Positions 29,127 to 40,494 of a stretch of 64,000 bases of DNA are shown here, piece after piece. Every line of letters starts with the position of its first letter. Positions within the stretch are counted from its first letter, which is position 1. Below the pieces are notes generated by a model that worked only from the letters and a program-made list of their open reading frames with translations, had not been told where the DNA came from and ran no database searches. This DNA comes from Candidatus Latescibacterota bacterium (lineage in GTDB: Bacteria; Latescibacterota; UBA2968; GCA-2709665). Made by a program: the position numbers and the translations under genes. The stretch lies in contig CBDDDZ010000002.1 of assembly GCA_965226795.1 (NCBI GenBank), positions 621,897-685,896 on the forward strand. The letters are read 5' to 3'.

Positions 29127-31393
29127 TCACTCGATCACTACCTTCTCGGTCGAGTGGACAAACAGTACGTCATTGGTGCCGTTGTAGCGCTTAAGCGCTT
29201 GCTCGATTTCATCTGGTTCGGCGTCTTCTATGGTCAGGCCGGCGATGACCAGATCGGCCTCGGAAGACCGGAGAGTAACCTCCTTCTCAAGCGTTTCGCC
29301 GTCCGCGCAGTGAACGGAAGTCACGTTCTGCCTGGATATCGGCAGCCTTCCCGCGGTCATCAGAGTCGAGAGCCTGTCTGTCTCGCGCTCAGCATCCCCG
29401 GAGTTGAAGCTCGCGAACAGCCTGATCTCGGCGCGTCTCCAATCGCGATGTCCGACAATAATGTAGGCCAATAGCAGCATCAGCGGCGCGTTCGCGAGAT
29501 TCTCCTCGGTCACCCACAGGTGAATCGAAGACTTGTAACCGAATCGGTAGTTCGTTGACCGAAGTACGAGGACATTGAACATCGATTCCGCTGCGAGACG
29601 CATGCCTTGTACGGTCTCGTCAATCTCTTCCGGATGCTCCTTGTCGAATTCGAGCAACATGCAGTTGTTCGGCAGGCCGGAGATGCCCGGCATCTGAAGC
29701 GTCTGTGCAACAGCCAGTTCGAATGTCGGACAAATCAGTGAATCTACGAAAATGCCCGCCCTGCTAACGTCGGTTCGCTCGATCAGTTTATTCACGTGGG
29801 TCCGGGCTTCAGTCTCGCCATCAAAGGAATATTCTCCTTGATAGTACTGGACAAAGTGCCCGAATCCATGCCGGTGGCTGATCCACCGCATCAGGTCGAA
29901 GTGCCCCAGGCGGCGTTCGCCGAAGCGGGTCACGGCGACAATTGAGGGCCGCCAGCCTCCATCGTATTTCTCCACCTGGCTCTTCTGCAGCGTGATCTGA
30001 AGCCGGCGGGTCAATTGGAACATCGTTCCCTGGAAGATCGCCGTGAGACCGCGCTCATCCTTCCTTGTGCGTCTCAATCCGACGTAAATCACCGCCATAA
30101 GCAGGATCGCGATAATGGTATACATCAAGCTCATCTGGACCATCATCAGCGCGCACATTACCGCGCCAAGCAGAGACAGGTACCAGCGCGAATGGAACGT
30201 GGGTCGGTACGAGGGATTCCCCGCGAAATACTCCAGGAACGATACCAAACAGAGGGCGCCGTAAGTCACCATGAAAAACATACTGAGAATCTGCGCGATA
30301 AAGTCGATGTCTCCCAGAACGACGAAGGCGACCGCTACGGCGCCCGAAATGAAGGTTGCGTATACCGGCTCCTGCGCCCTGCCCCAGCCTTTCGCGAGCA
30401 GGCTGTTCAATTTCGGAATCGGCAGCACTTTGTCCCGGGCGAGCGCTTGAAGGGTTCTCGGTGCAACGATGATCGAGCCCAGTGCGGATGAAATGGCGGC
30501 CGCACCCAACCCGATATAAATAGCGGGACCCCAGACCGCAATCTGCGCCATAATGAACTGGTCCGAGTTAAGCGCTTCCGGTATCGCGCTCTCAGCGAAC
30601 TTGATCGCTACCAGCGCGTACACGACCATGCCCGTGAAAGTCGCCGCGATTATCCCCATCGGGATGCTCCGCTGGGGATTCTTCAGGTCGCCGGAGAGTC
30701 CCAGACCGGCAATCATGCCGGTGAAAGCCGGAAAGCACGTTGCAAAGACAACTCCGAACGCGTCTCCGCCTTCAATGCGGTCGGTCAGATGAAGCCCGTC
30801 CGGACGGATCGATTCGGGACCCTGTCCCAGAAGGAATGCCAGAATGGATATCCCCAGAATCACGCTGACGACCCACAATGCCCTGACGCCCAGGGCGGCG
30901 CCCTTGGTGAGCATCAGTGCGATTAAAACAAACGTAAAGGGTACACTTACCCAGCGCGCATCCGGTGTGACTTCGTAGGTCGCTGCCGCCAACGCATAAA
31001 CCGGCTGGAACGCCTCGGCGAATGCGACGAGGTAGAACGCCACCGATATGGCCTGCGAAAGATACAATGCGATTCCAATAGTACCGCCGATGCTGGTTCC
31101 GAACGACCGGCTGATGATGTAATACGCCCCGCGCCTCCAGCCACGCGACGGTTTGTCGCTATTTCGGACACCGCCAGAACCGTGGGAATGGTCACCAGAT
31201 GTCCCAGAACAATGACCATGAGGCTACCCCAAAGCCCGACGTTCGCGACGGCATATCCGAATCGAAGGAAGAGAATCGCCCCGAGAATCGTGCTGATTGA
31301 TGCGAGAAAAACAGGAGCCGTGCCAAATCCATAGCCCGGTTGGGCAGATGTAGACGCTCCTGCTGAGGCCGGTTGAACCCGATTTTCTGCCAT
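29127..31393 (-). CDS. Cation-chloride cotransporter-like (APC) permease with one frameshift near 31131
   Basis: FGTAPVFLASISTILGAILFLR..EIATN in one frame, then FPAFTGMIAG..SGDLKNP and GGWRPS in the next; may be a sequencing indel or a pseudogene. Confidence 0.85.
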
Positions 31394-31717
31394 GCACGCC
31401 TCCTTATCGTAACGAAATTGCGCCTTCAAGTTTCGCCACTTACAGAATTGCCGTAAGCGAAAGCGGCGGTGATTGTGGAAGATTTTCCTAAACTCAAAGT
31501 TTACAGAAATTTGCGGCACATGTCAACGCCATGCCGTGGAAGCCTTCGGACGAGGATCAGGAGACGCGCGGAGAAGGGGACGCTGGAATGACAAGCAACC
31601 GTGACTCCCTTCCATACCCTCCTCACCGTCCGAGATGCACTGCAAATCTCGGAGGGAGGTTGCCTCGCCATGGATTGGCTCAAAGGCGAACCCGGAACCG
31701 GTCCGTCAGAAAATGAA

Positions 31718-32010
31718 TCATCGCATGAAAAATCCCGTAGTCCGCAAAGGGGCCACGGGATCGACAATCCGGCCATCGTCATTCGACTCATATTTTATGA
31801 GCTTAAGTCGCTTCAGGTCTGCTTCCGACCAACCTATGCTGTCGAGAATGCCTTTCAGGAATTCGGGGCCAAATGTCTTTCCGGAGTGATAGTCCATTAC
31901 TATCCGCGCACCCTCCTGATAAAATGGCATGGTGGCGCTTCCGCTCTTTTCCTTTGCCCAACCATCCACCCTGAGAGCACGCATGTGCTTCTCGATCGAA
32001 ATTCCCGGGC
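31718..32010 (-). pseudogene. HicA-like toxin remnant
   Basis: RALRVDGW..YHSGKTFGP..LKGILDSIGWSEADLKRLKLIK; no clean start and no partner antitoxin. Confidence 0.55.
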
Positions 32011-32556
32011 CTATTCCGACCAGAGTCTCTCGAATTGCAATCGTCCATCGCCGGCTTCTCTTAGACGAAAAACGTCCGGATTCGATAGAGACGCCCATCC
32101 ATCGTAACCGAAATTGTCGTCCAGCGAGTTCAATACAATACTCAGCAGGTTCCCGTGGGTGACCGCAATCGGGAACCGGTGGTTGGCGTCAAACAGGTCG
32201 GATACGGCTGCCCATCCACGGTCAAACGCTTCACGCCCCGACTCTCCTCCGGGTGCGCCCAACGTCCCGTCGCCAAAGGAATCGCGGAGTACCTCCCGCC
32301 AGTTGTCCATCGCTTGCGTCGACAGCCTGCGTTCGATCAGCCGGTGATCCAGTTGGATGTTCAATCCCATACGGAGAGCAAACGGTGCAATGCTCTGCTG
32401 CGCCCGGGCGGAGGTACTGGAGGCAATCATGTCAATCGGGTAGTCAGACAGAAAACCGGCGAGTCTTTCCGCCTGCTCTCGTCCGGTTTCCGTCAGCTCA
32501 GCCTCCGCTTCCTGCCCCGAAGATTGACAATGCCTGATCAGTAGCAACTGTCTCAC
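32011..32556 (-). CDS. Histidine phosphatase family protein
   Basis: LLLIRHCQS, RAQQS, GGES, AVTHGN. Confidence 0.9.
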   Translation of the reverse strand: MRQLLLIRHCQSSGQEAEAELTETGREQAERLAGFLSDYPIDMIASSTSARAQQSIAPFALRMGLNIQLDHRLIERRLSTQAMDNWREVLRDSFGDGTLGAPGGESGREAFDRGWAAVSDLFDANHRFPIAVTHGNLLSIVLNSLDDNFGYDGWASLSNPDVFRLREAGDGRLQFERLWSE

Positions 32557-32697
32557 AATTCCTCCAATCTGAACCGAGCCATACGACTATCTCAGCATCT
32601 GTCTCGAAATTTCAAATTCCTCCGCCTGGCTCCCTCACGTTGATTCACTCTCGTGACGCAATTCTGGCGAAAGAATTGCCTCCCCGGATCGAAAGGC

Positions 32698-33189
32698 CTA
32701 TCTTTGGCCGTCTCTTCCTTGTTGATTGAGAGATCGTTGGTAGAATTCAATACCGCGGAGGGCCACGCGGGCAATGTTTCGAAGCCGGTCGAGATTGTCC
32801 AGCGAAACCCATCTGGCTTCGGCGATTTCGGAATTGCCATCCAGGTGATCTGAAGTTATCCGACAAAGAAATAGGGTCACTGTGTCGCGCTTACCCTCCG
32901 CATCCGTCCGGTAATCGCCCAATCTTTCCGTGCAATACGGTGTGACAGACAATTCTTCCCTGATCTCCCGATCAATTGCGCGGTCCGGTGCTTCACGTTT
33001 CGGCCGATAGCCCCCGCCGGGAAGATTCCAGAGCATCGTGTTGCCGTATGTGTTTCGGATAAGCAGGACTTGCCGATCGTCATCCGGATGTGGAACTATT
33101 CCCTTCACACCGAACGTCTTTGGACTGAAAACCCTCCAATAGACTTTCGCGGTTTTCAGCAGGAACCTGCGAAAGCGAAAATCTTGCAT
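32698..33189 (-). CDS. NUDIX hydrolase
   Basis: WNLPGGG....E....AIDREIREEL Nudix box. Confidence 0.9.
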   Translation of the reverse strand: MQDFRFRRFLLKTAKVYWRVFSPKTFGVKGIVPHPDDDRQVLLIRNTYGNTMLWNLPGGGYRPKREAPDRAIDREIREELSVTPYCTERLGDYRTDAEGKRDTVTLFLCRITSDHLDGNSEIAEARWVSLDNLDRLRNIARVALRGIEFYQRSLNQQGRDGQR

Positions 33190-33547
33190 TGCGAAAGACT
33201 CCGGTTCGATTACGACGTTAAATTCAGGAGTGCATTCAATTGAAATTGAGATGTTGTCAAGTCTAATCGAGAATTCGATTGAGTCCGGATAGTTGCCGGG
33301 TCGAGTAACGGCCGTAAAAGGTGTGAATGTCCACCCTTTATGGCTTCAGCAGGTCGAATCCGTCACAATGTCGTAGCGTACGAATAGAGACCCTGCTCAA
33401 CCAGTTCCAGGCATTGTAGTTCTCCACACCTGCCGTATAACCAAGAAAAATATAAACACCATAGCAAATGTAGAGGCAAAGAAAATTGTGTATGAATTCC
33501 CGGAAGAGAATCTCCCCCACGACTCTTGAAATTAACGACCTTGACAA

Positions 33548-34414
33548 TTGAGGCGTATTTTGAAGGCCGCCGATTCTACACTATACGTCTCCGATCTGGA
33601 CGGCACGCTACTGCGCAGCGATACGTCGCTGTCCCAGTACAGCAAGGATACCCTTAACTTTCTGTTGGATCAGGGTCTGCTCTTTACCGTGGCCAGCGCT
33701 CGCAGCATCGCCTCCATGCGTCGTTTGCTGGCCGGTCTGCGTCTCCGTTTGCCGGTGGTTGAATTCAACGGCGCCTTGGTCTCCGATCTGGCCAGCGGCC
33801 GGCACTATCTTGTCCGCGAACTGCACCGCGATATCTTGCCCGGGTTGTGGCAACAGATAACCGGCGCCGGCCACCTGCCCTTCATCTCGACTTACGACGG
33901 CACGGCCGACCGTTGCTACTACCGCGATATCACCAATGACGGCATGGCCTGGTACGTGCGGAACAGGCGACTCAACCAGGATCCGCGCATGCGCTATCTA
34001 GCCGACTTGCAGCGCGGCCTGGACGACCAGGTGGTCTGTCTCACCGTAATTGGACGGGGACCGGAACTGGAGAAATTGGCTGACGAGATGAACCATCGGC
34101 ACGCCGGGCGGATCCAGACCCAATGTTACGAGAATCAGTCTTCGCCCGGCTGGCACTGGCTGACTATCCAGGATGCCCGCGCCACCAAAGAACACGGCAT
34201 ACTATTCCTCAAGCGCATGAAAGACCTGGAAGACCGTCGTCTGATCGTCTTTGGCGACGAGGTAAACGACCTGGGAATGTTCAACGTGGCAGATGAGGCC
34301 CTGGCCGTGGCGAATGCCATTCCCGCCCTCAAGGAACGCGCCACCGGGATCATCGACACCAATGAAGCCGACGGCGTCGCCCGTTATATATCCGGACATT
34401 GGAGAGGTGAATAA
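33548..34414 (+). CDS. Cof-type HAD-IIB hydrolase
   Basis: SDLDGTLL, ASAR, NGA, ATK, FGDEVNDLGMF. Confidence 0.92.
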   Translation: MRRILKAADSTLYVSDLDGTLLRSDTSLSQYSKDTLNFLLDQGLLFTVASARSIASMRRLLAGLRLRLPVVEFNGALVSDLASGRHYLVRELHRDILPGLWQQITGAGHLPFISTYDGTADRCYYRDITNDGMAWYVRNRRLNQDPRMRYLADLQRGLDDQVVCLTVIGRGPELEKLADEMNHRHAGRIQTQCYENQSSPGWHWLTIQDARATKEHGILFLKRMKDLEDRRLIVFGDEVNDLGMFNVADEALAVANAIPALKERATGIIDTNEADGVARYISGHWRGE

Positions 34415-34549
34415 AAATAATGTAGTTGCATCGCCAATGAGAAAGCCATTGCGGGACGATTTGTATGCCAATGCCAGCGAATTTCCATTCGGTGAGCCGA
34501 TGTAGCGGGGTAAAACATATCGACAATTTGGCGCTCCTGGCAATTCAAA

Positions 34550-34740
34550 AGAAGCATACATGTAAACTGGTCTGCTCGAACGGCGATTACTACAGCGGGA
34601 GCCCCGTGATCTTCGCCGACCCTTCGCCGACCCTTCGACACCCTTCGACAAGCTCAGGGTAAAAGCTCAGGGGGCGGCAGGGGGCAGGTCCCAGGGGCCA
34701 CAGGCTTTTGGAGCGGCTTAGGGCACGGCTAAGGGTTCAG
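34550..34740. repeat. Nested CTTCGACAAGCTCAG-type palindromes next to a decayed GIY-YIG N-terminus
   Basis: gca tac atg taa a ctg gtc tgc tcg aac ggc gat tac tac agc ggg agc reads AYM*-LVCSNGDYYSGS; cccttcgacaagctcaggg at 34641-34659. Confidence 0.6.
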
Positions 34741-34908
34741 ACTGTTTTTTGGGCTTTCCAGCGTGCCTGGTCTTACGGAAACCGCAAATGTCGAAATTTC
34801 AAACGTCCCCGAAGTGGGGCGTTTTTATTTGCTAAAGCGGAGATTAAGGGTTATTTTTATTATAACTTATTCAGCGTATCGCCGGCCATCGTGATCGGGG
34901 AGAGTGAG

Positions 34909-35694
34909 GTGACGTTCTTAGAGGCGGCCCTCCTGGGATTGGTTCAGGGACTATCCGAGTTCCTGCCGGTAAGCAGTTCGGGGCATCTGGTGTTGGGGCA
35001 GGCCTTGCTGGGCGTACAGTCGGGCGACCTGGTGTTCGAGGTTATCGTCCACTTCGGTACCTTGCTGGCCGTGCTCACGGTACTCCGGGAACGGATTCAG
35101 CGGCTGGTAACCGGATGTATCCGGCGGGAAGCGGCGTCGTGGCGAATGGTGGTGCTGTTGCTGGTCGGCACGGTTCCGGCCGGCGCGGTGGGGATATTGT
35201 TCGAAGATTACCTGGAACTGGCGTTCCGCAGCCCCACGGCGGCGGCCGGTTGCCTGGTTGCAACGGGCGTGGTGTTGTGGAGTACCCGATTTGTCTCAGG
35301 CAGGAAGCCGGAAATAGGTGTTGGCGACGCCTTGTTGATCGGGCTGGCGCAGGCGCTTGCCATACTGCCCGGGATATCCCGCTCCGGTCTGACGATCAGC
35401 GCAGGATTGTGGTGGGGCGTTGAGGGCAGGGAGGCGGCGTCTTTTTCGTTCCTGCTGTCGATTCCCGTGATCCTGGGCGCAACCGCGTTGAAAGCGGGGG
35501 ACCTGATTGCCGATCCTCCGGACTGGAAGGTCGTTGGGACCCTGCTTGTCGGTCTGGTTGCGGCTTTCGTTTCCGGTGTGGTGGCGATCCGTTGGCTGTT
35601 CACCCTGCTGCGGGGCGGCCGGCTGGATTGCTTTTCCTACTACTGCTGGGCGGTTGGGCTGGTGGCGTTGACATTACTCTGGTTGCGTTCTTGA
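34909..35694 (+). CDS. uppP: Undecaprenyl-diphosphate phosphatase
   Basis: GLVQGLSEFLPVSSSGHL and PGISRSG signatures. Confidence 0.96.
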   Translation: MTFLEAALLGLVQGLSEFLPVSSSGHLVLGQALLGVQSGDLVFEVIVHFGTLLAVLTVLRERIQRLVTGCIRREAASWRMVVLLLVGTVPAGAVGILFEDYLELAFRSPTAAAGCLVATGVVLWSTRFVSGRKPEIGVGDALLIGLAQALAILPGISRSGLTISAGLWWGVEGREAASFSFLLSIPVILGATALKAGDLIADPPDWKVVGTLLVGLVAAFVSGVVAIRWLFTLLRGGRLDCFSYYCWAVGLVALTLLWLRS

Positions 35695-35705
35695 AAGGGC
35701 TTGTA

Positions 35706-36101
35706 ATGCGGATAAGGATGGTTTGCGCTGTTCTGATAGTCGTGTCGGGTTGCGGCGGGAAATCAAACGTACTGGACGCCGAAGATCTGTTGAACATGCT
35801 CTCCATAACGAATCTGGCGGCGCAGCCGGTGTTGAATCAAGGCACCCCGCCCCTGATTGTCGCGGTGCGCATCGACGCGGATGTGGTCCACGTGGGCGCA
35901 GTTCCCATCGACGTGCCCTTTATCCTGACCTGGAGGCTGACCGACGACCAGAATACGACGGTGGGGCAGGCGTCGAAACAGTTTGACGCGCATATGGAGC
36001 CGGGCGCGGTTCGACATATGACGTTGACGGTGGAATTCGAAGCAAGGGAAAGTGTAGCCGGGCTCAGGAACGTGGCTACCTTCGATCCGGTTTCCTCGTA
36101 A
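35706..36101 (+). CDS. Hypothetical lipoprotein
   Basis: Lipobox VSGC after a short hydrophobic signal. Confidence 0.65.
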   Translation: MRIRMVCAVLIVVSGCGGKSNVLDAEDLLNMLSITNLAAQPVLNQGTPPLIVAVRIDADVVHVGAVPIDVPFILTWRLTDDQNTTVGQASKQFDAHMEPGAVRHMTLTVEFEARESVAGLRNVATFDPVSS

Positions 36102-36216
36102 TCCAGAAATGGCTTGATCGCGTTTCGGAAATGTGGTATTTTCCGGTCCGTTATGTGGTTTGGATTATTCAGACGCCGGCATCGTTGCCGGGTTTTTTTC
36201 GTCCGGAAAGGAATGG

Positions 36217-36948
36217 ATGGAACTCTATATTATCCGGCATGGGCAGTCGGCAAACAACGCACTGGAAGAAGGAGGCCTGCGGGTGTGCGACCCTCCGCTG
36301 ACCGATATCGGCGAGGCGCAGGCCGACCGGCTGGCCCGTTACCTGACCGCGGCCGGCGATGGGGCAGATGGGATCCACACCGCGGGAATGCAGCAGAATT
36401 GCGCGGGTCTAGAATTCGACCGGATATTTTCGAGCCCGATGTTGCGTGCAATGCAGACGGCGGCGGCTGTTGGAATGGCGATGGGAATCCGGCCCGAAAT
36501 CTGGATCGATATCCACGAGGAGGGCGGGATCTGGCTGGATGAAGGCGACGGTCGGGGAGAGGTGGGGTACCCCGGCCTCACACGGAGCGAGATCGCGGCG
36601 CGGTTCCCTGATTTCGTGGTGCCCGATACCATCACGGATCAGGGTTGGTGGAACCGGCCGGCGGAGATCAAAGCTGAGTGGCGCGCACGGGCAATGAGGG
36701 TGGCATCCCTACTGCACGAACGTTTTGCGGGCAATGAGGAGCGGATTGCGCTGGTGTGTCACGGCGGATTCGCCAACGACCTGCTCCATGCCGTGTTCAA
36801 CGGGATGCCGGACAGCGTTTATTTCGAGAACCCCAATACGGCAATCAGCCGTCTGGATTTCAATGGCGAGGGATGGGTGCAGGTCCGCTATCTGAGTCTC
36901 GTGGCTCATCTTACGCCGGAGCTGATCACTCCGGAGTTGATTGTGTAG
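36217..36948 (+). CDS. Histidine phosphatase family protein
   Basis: LYIIRHGQS, SSPMLRAMQTA, VCHGG, NTAIS. Confidence 0.92.
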   Translation: MELYIIRHGQSANNALEEGGLRVCDPPLTDIGEAQADRLARYLTAAGDGADGIHTAGMQQNCAGLEFDRIFSSPMLRAMQTAAAVGMAMGIRPEIWIDIHEEGGIWLDEGDGRGEVGYPGLTRSEIAARFPDFVVPDTITDQGWWNRPAEIKAEWRARAMRVASLLHERFAGNEERIALVCHGGFANDLLHAVFNGMPDSVYFENPNTAISRLDFNGEGWVQVRYLSLVAHLTPELITPELIV

Positions 36949-37114
36949 AGCAACGTTTCGGGACGAGGACCGTGGAAGACGGAAGGGGAGATCCAGAGGG
37001 CGCCGGCCGGATGTACGCATATCGTTTCCGCCGCGCCTTCGGACAGCGCAGATACGGAGTCGTTCCCTCACGAGACAGGCTGTCGATCTATTCTTATCAT
37101 TGAGGTGTCCTGTT

Positions 37115-38122
37115 ATGGCTAAACCCGAAGTCATCCTTTCCGGTTTTGCGGATGAAGGTCCCGTGAGCAAGCGGGCCGAAGAGCAACTGACGATGATGTC
37201 CGCCCTCGGGCTGTCGTATTACACGATCCGGTTCATCGATCTTGGCAATGGCGTGAAGAACGTCATGGAACTTTCAGACGAGGAAGTGCAACGGCTTCAG
37301 GATCTGCACAAAGCGTTCCGGATCAGCGTATCCAGCGTGGGTTCACCGCTGGGCAAGGTCAAGCTCGTGGATAAGGACGACGGGACACAGAATCGATACG
37401 TCCCGTTTGAATCCTATCTGAAACACGACGTGCAGCGGGCAATCGATCTCGCCCACGCGTTCGACACCAAGTTGCTCAGGGGGTTCAGCTACTACCATCC
37501 GAACAGAGAGGATCCGTGGGCGTACCTGGACAGGGCGGCGGAGCAACTCGGGCAGATTGTGGAGAAGTGCGCGTCGGCAGGCCTGGTTTACGGTATGGAG
37601 GTGGAGGCCGACCTGGTTGGCGGCGATGGCGACACGTTGATCGCGTTGTACGAAAAAGTCGATAGTCCGTACGTCTGCATTATTCCGGACGTGGGGAATA
37701 TGGAGTCCAAGGGTCACAGCCCGGACAGCGCATACGAGCACTATGTCAAGATGAAGCCCGGCGTGGGCTGGATACACATCAAGGGTTTCAACAACCCGTC
37801 GAACCAGGCCATGCTGGCCGCGGCGGGAGAGCGGGGCTTAACCCGGTTCATCCCCGTGGACCGGGGCGATTCGGGTCACGAGCAGGTGTTGCGCGACTTC
37901 CGTACCCTGGTGCCGGAAATCCATGAGCGCCTTTCTCCGCTGGGTGTGCCGGGCGTATTCGTGGACCTGGAGCCGCACGTGAAAGGCGGCGGCCAGTTCG
38001 GCGGCGTCAGCGGCGTGGATGGGTTCGGCGTGGCCTTTCGCAGCCTCTGCCGCCTTCTGGATTATCTGGAGTACGACTATCATCTAACCGGGTACGAAGA
38101 TATTTCAAATCCCGCGGCGTGA
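37115..38122 (+). CDS. Sugar phosphate isomerase/epimerase (AP endonuclease 2 TIM barrel)
   Basis: LSGFADE, GSPLGK, E.E, DVGN, IHIK, LEPH. Confidence 0.85.
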   Translation: MAKPEVILSGFADEGPVSKRAEEQLTMMSALGLSYYTIRFIDLGNGVKNVMELSDEEVQRLQDLHKAFRISVSSVGSPLGKVKLVDKDDGTQNRYVPFESYLKHDVQRAIDLAHAFDTKLLRGFSYYHPNREDPWAYLDRAAEQLGQIVEKCASAGLVYGMEVEADLVGGDGDTLIALYEKVDSPYVCIIPDVGNMESKGHSPDSAYEHYVKMKPGVGWIHIKGFNNPSNQAMLAAAGERGLTRFIPVDRGDSGHEQVLRDFRTLVPEIHERLSPLGVPGVFVDLEPHVKGGGQFGGVSGVDGFGVAFRSLCRLLDYLEYDYHLTGYEDISNPAA

Positions 38123-38197
38123 ACTCTCGCGGGCGGATAAAAGCAGGGGTGCGATTTTCGCGCCCCTGATCTTTTTGGTCTCTAATCCGAGGTCTCA

Positions 38198-40483
38198 GTG
38201 GCTGTTTCTTCCCCCCCGTCGGAATCCAACAGGGTTACCTTCGCACGGAGCCTGGGTTGTTTCGACGCATCGATGATCGGCATCGGAGCGATGATCGGCG
38301 CGGGGATCTTCGTGCTGACGGGCATCGCGGCGGGCGAAGCGGGCCCGGCGTCGATTCTGGCATTCGCGCTCAACGGCGTGGTGACCCTGATGACGGCGTT
38401 CTGCTATGCCGAACTCTCATCGGCGATTCCTGAGGCAGGCGGGGGTTATTCGTTCGTCAAGAAGGCGTTTCCCGGCCCCGTGGGGTTTCTGTCCGGATGG
38501 ATGCTCTGGTTCGCCTACACGGTAGCCTGCAGTCTCTACGCGTTGGGGTTTGCGGGATATTTCTGGGAGTTTTTCCACAAGTACCTGCCGGACGTCAGCC
38601 ATACGATTCAGGCGACGGTCGGGGTCCAGCCCTCGGTTGCGCTGGTGACGTTGATCGTCATCGGCGTCTTTGTCTGGTTGAACGTACGCGGCACGGAGGT
38701 GACGGGCAAGGCGGAGAACGTGATCACCATCTCCAAGATTCTCGTGCTTCTGGTTTTTGTCTGGTACGGGCTCATGCACATTTACGCTACCCCCCACGAG
38801 GCGGCGAAGAGTTTCTCCCCATTTTTCCCGAAGGGGTTTGGCGGTGTGCTGGTGGCCATGGGGCTGACGTTCATCGCGTTTGAAGGGTACGATCTCATCG
38901 CGACCGTTGCCGAGGAAATCAAACAGCCCGAGACGAATATTCCGAAGGCCACGTTCATTTCCCTGGGCGTGACCATGGTTGTCTATCTGCTGATCGTCTT
39001 TGTTTCCCTGGGCGCGGTTCAACCGGAGTCCACCACGTCGTGGGAGTTTCTGGGCCGATACCAGGAAACGGCGATTGTGAAAGCCGCAGACAGTTTCATG
39101 CCGGCGTTTGGCGTGGCAACCATCGTCTTCGGCGGGTTACTGTCCACCATGTCCGCGCTGAACGCGACGGTGCTGGCCTCCAGTCGCGTGGCCTTTTCCA
39201 TGGGCAGAGACCGGTGGCTGCCGCCGGGCATGGCCAGGATACATTCCGACAGGCGGACCCCGCATATAGCGATTCTGGTCACCGGTTTGATTATGATGGG
39301 CATCTCGCTGCTCCTGCCCATCCACGTGGTCGGGTCGGCGGCAAGCCTGATGTTTCTGCTCACGTTCACGCTCGTTAATCTGTCACTGGTTGTGCTTCGG
39401 CGGCGGGCGCCGGAAATTGAGCGCAGGTACCGGGTGCCGCTCTTTCCGTGGGTGCCGCTGATTGGCGCGGCTTCCAATATGTTCCTGGCGATCTATCAGT
39501 TCCGGTTCGATCCGATGGCGTGGTACGTTGCGCTGGGGTGGATCGCGGTGGGATTTTTCGCGTATTCCATCTATTTCCAAAAGCAATCGGGGGAGACCGA
39601 GCCTCACGTTCTGGATGCGCTGCCCCTGGAGACCGCTCGTGCGCCCTTCCGGGTGCTGGTGCCCGTGGCCAATCCGAATACGATCGCGTCGTTGCTGGAT
39701 ATTTCCATTCCCGTTGTAAAGGCCAAAGATGGCGATCTGATCGTGAGTACCACCGTGGAGGTGCCGATCCAGTTGCCCATCCAGGAAGGCATGAAGTACA
39801 TCAACCACCGGATGCCGTTGTTGCGGGCGGCGCAGGCCTATGCGAAGAAGCAGAACCTGCGCGTGGTGTCGGACATCCGGGTGGCGCACCGTCTGGACGA
39901 AGGCATTCTTTCGGCGGTATCGGACGAGCACGTGGACCTGCTGGTGATAGGATGGAAGGGTTATACCACCACGCGGGAACGGATTTTCGGCGAAGTGCTC
40001 GACAGGGTTGTGAACCGCGCCACCGCCGACGTGGTGGTTGCCAAGTTACAGGAGCAGGCCAGCTTCGATCGAATACTCCTGCCGACCGCCGGCGGGCCCC
40101 ATACGCGGTTCGCCGTTGATTTGCTGGAGCCGATCGTTGCCGCGCACGGTTCAAGGGTGACGGCCTGCTACGTGATACCTGAAGATGCGGACGAGGAGCG
40201 GGAACGGGAGGCCATGGGGTGGATGCAGCACACGCTTCGGGATGCGAATCTGGGCGAGGTGGAATGCCGGGCGATCCGTTCCCGGTCCGTACCGGCGGGC
40301 ATTGTCAGGGCGGGAGCGGACTTCGATCTGGTCGTGATGGGCGCGGCCAATACGGGCCTGTTCCAGCAGCTTCTGTTCGGTGAGGTGCCGGACAGGGTGG
40401 GGCGTTACGCCAAGACTTCGGTGATGCTGGTAAAAAAGCGCGAAGGCCGGGGGAAGGCCTGGCTGCGGCGATTGATGAGTTGA
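38198..40483 (+). CDS. APC amino acid permease fused to two universal stress protein domains
   Basis: GAMIGAGIF, AELSSAIPEAGGGY, AFEGYDL..AEE; C-terminal VLVPVANP and ILLPTAGGP. Confidence 0.93.
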   Translation: MAVSSPPSESNRVTFARSLGCFDASMIGIGAMIGAGIFVLTGIAAGEAGPASILAFALNGVVTLMTAFCYAELSSAIPEAGGGYSFVKKAFPGPVGFLSGWMLWFAYTVACSLYALGFAGYFWEFFHKYLPDVSHTIQATVGVQPSVALVTLIVIGVFVWLNVRGTEVTGKAENVITISKILVLLVFVWYGLMHIYATPHEAAKSFSPFFPKGFGGVLVAMGLTFIAFEGYDLIATVAEEIKQPETNIPKATFISLGVTMVVYLLIVFVSLGAVQPESTTSWEFLGRYQETAIVKAADSFMPAFGVATIVFGGLLSTMSALNATVLASSRVAFSMGRDRWLPPGMARIHSDRRTPHIAILVTGLIMMGISLLLPIHVVGSAASLMFLLTFTLVNLSLVVLRRRAPEIERRYRVPLFPWVPLIGAASNMFLAIYQFRFDPMAWYVALGWIAVGFFAYSIYFQKQSGETEPHVLDALPLETARAPFRVLVPVANPNTIASLLDISIPVVKAKDGDLIVSTTVEVPIQLPIQEGMKYINHRMPLLRAAQAYAKKQNLRVVSDIRVAHRLDEGILSAVSDEHVDLLVIGWKGYTTTRERIFGEVLDRVVNRATADVVVAKLQEQASFDRILLPTAGGPHTRFAVDLLEPIVAAHGSRVTACYVIPEDADEEREREAMGWMQHTLRDANLGEVECRAIRSRSVPAGIVRAGADFDLVVMGAANTGLFQQLLFGEVPDRVGRYAKTSVMLVKKREGRGKAWLRRLMS

Positions 40484-40494
40484 GAGGAGACACC

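Noticed and set aside
33190..33547. AT-rich stretch with a 69-aa minus-strand ORF
   Set aside because: It may be a membrane-protein remnant or a promoter region, but nothing diagnostic is visible.
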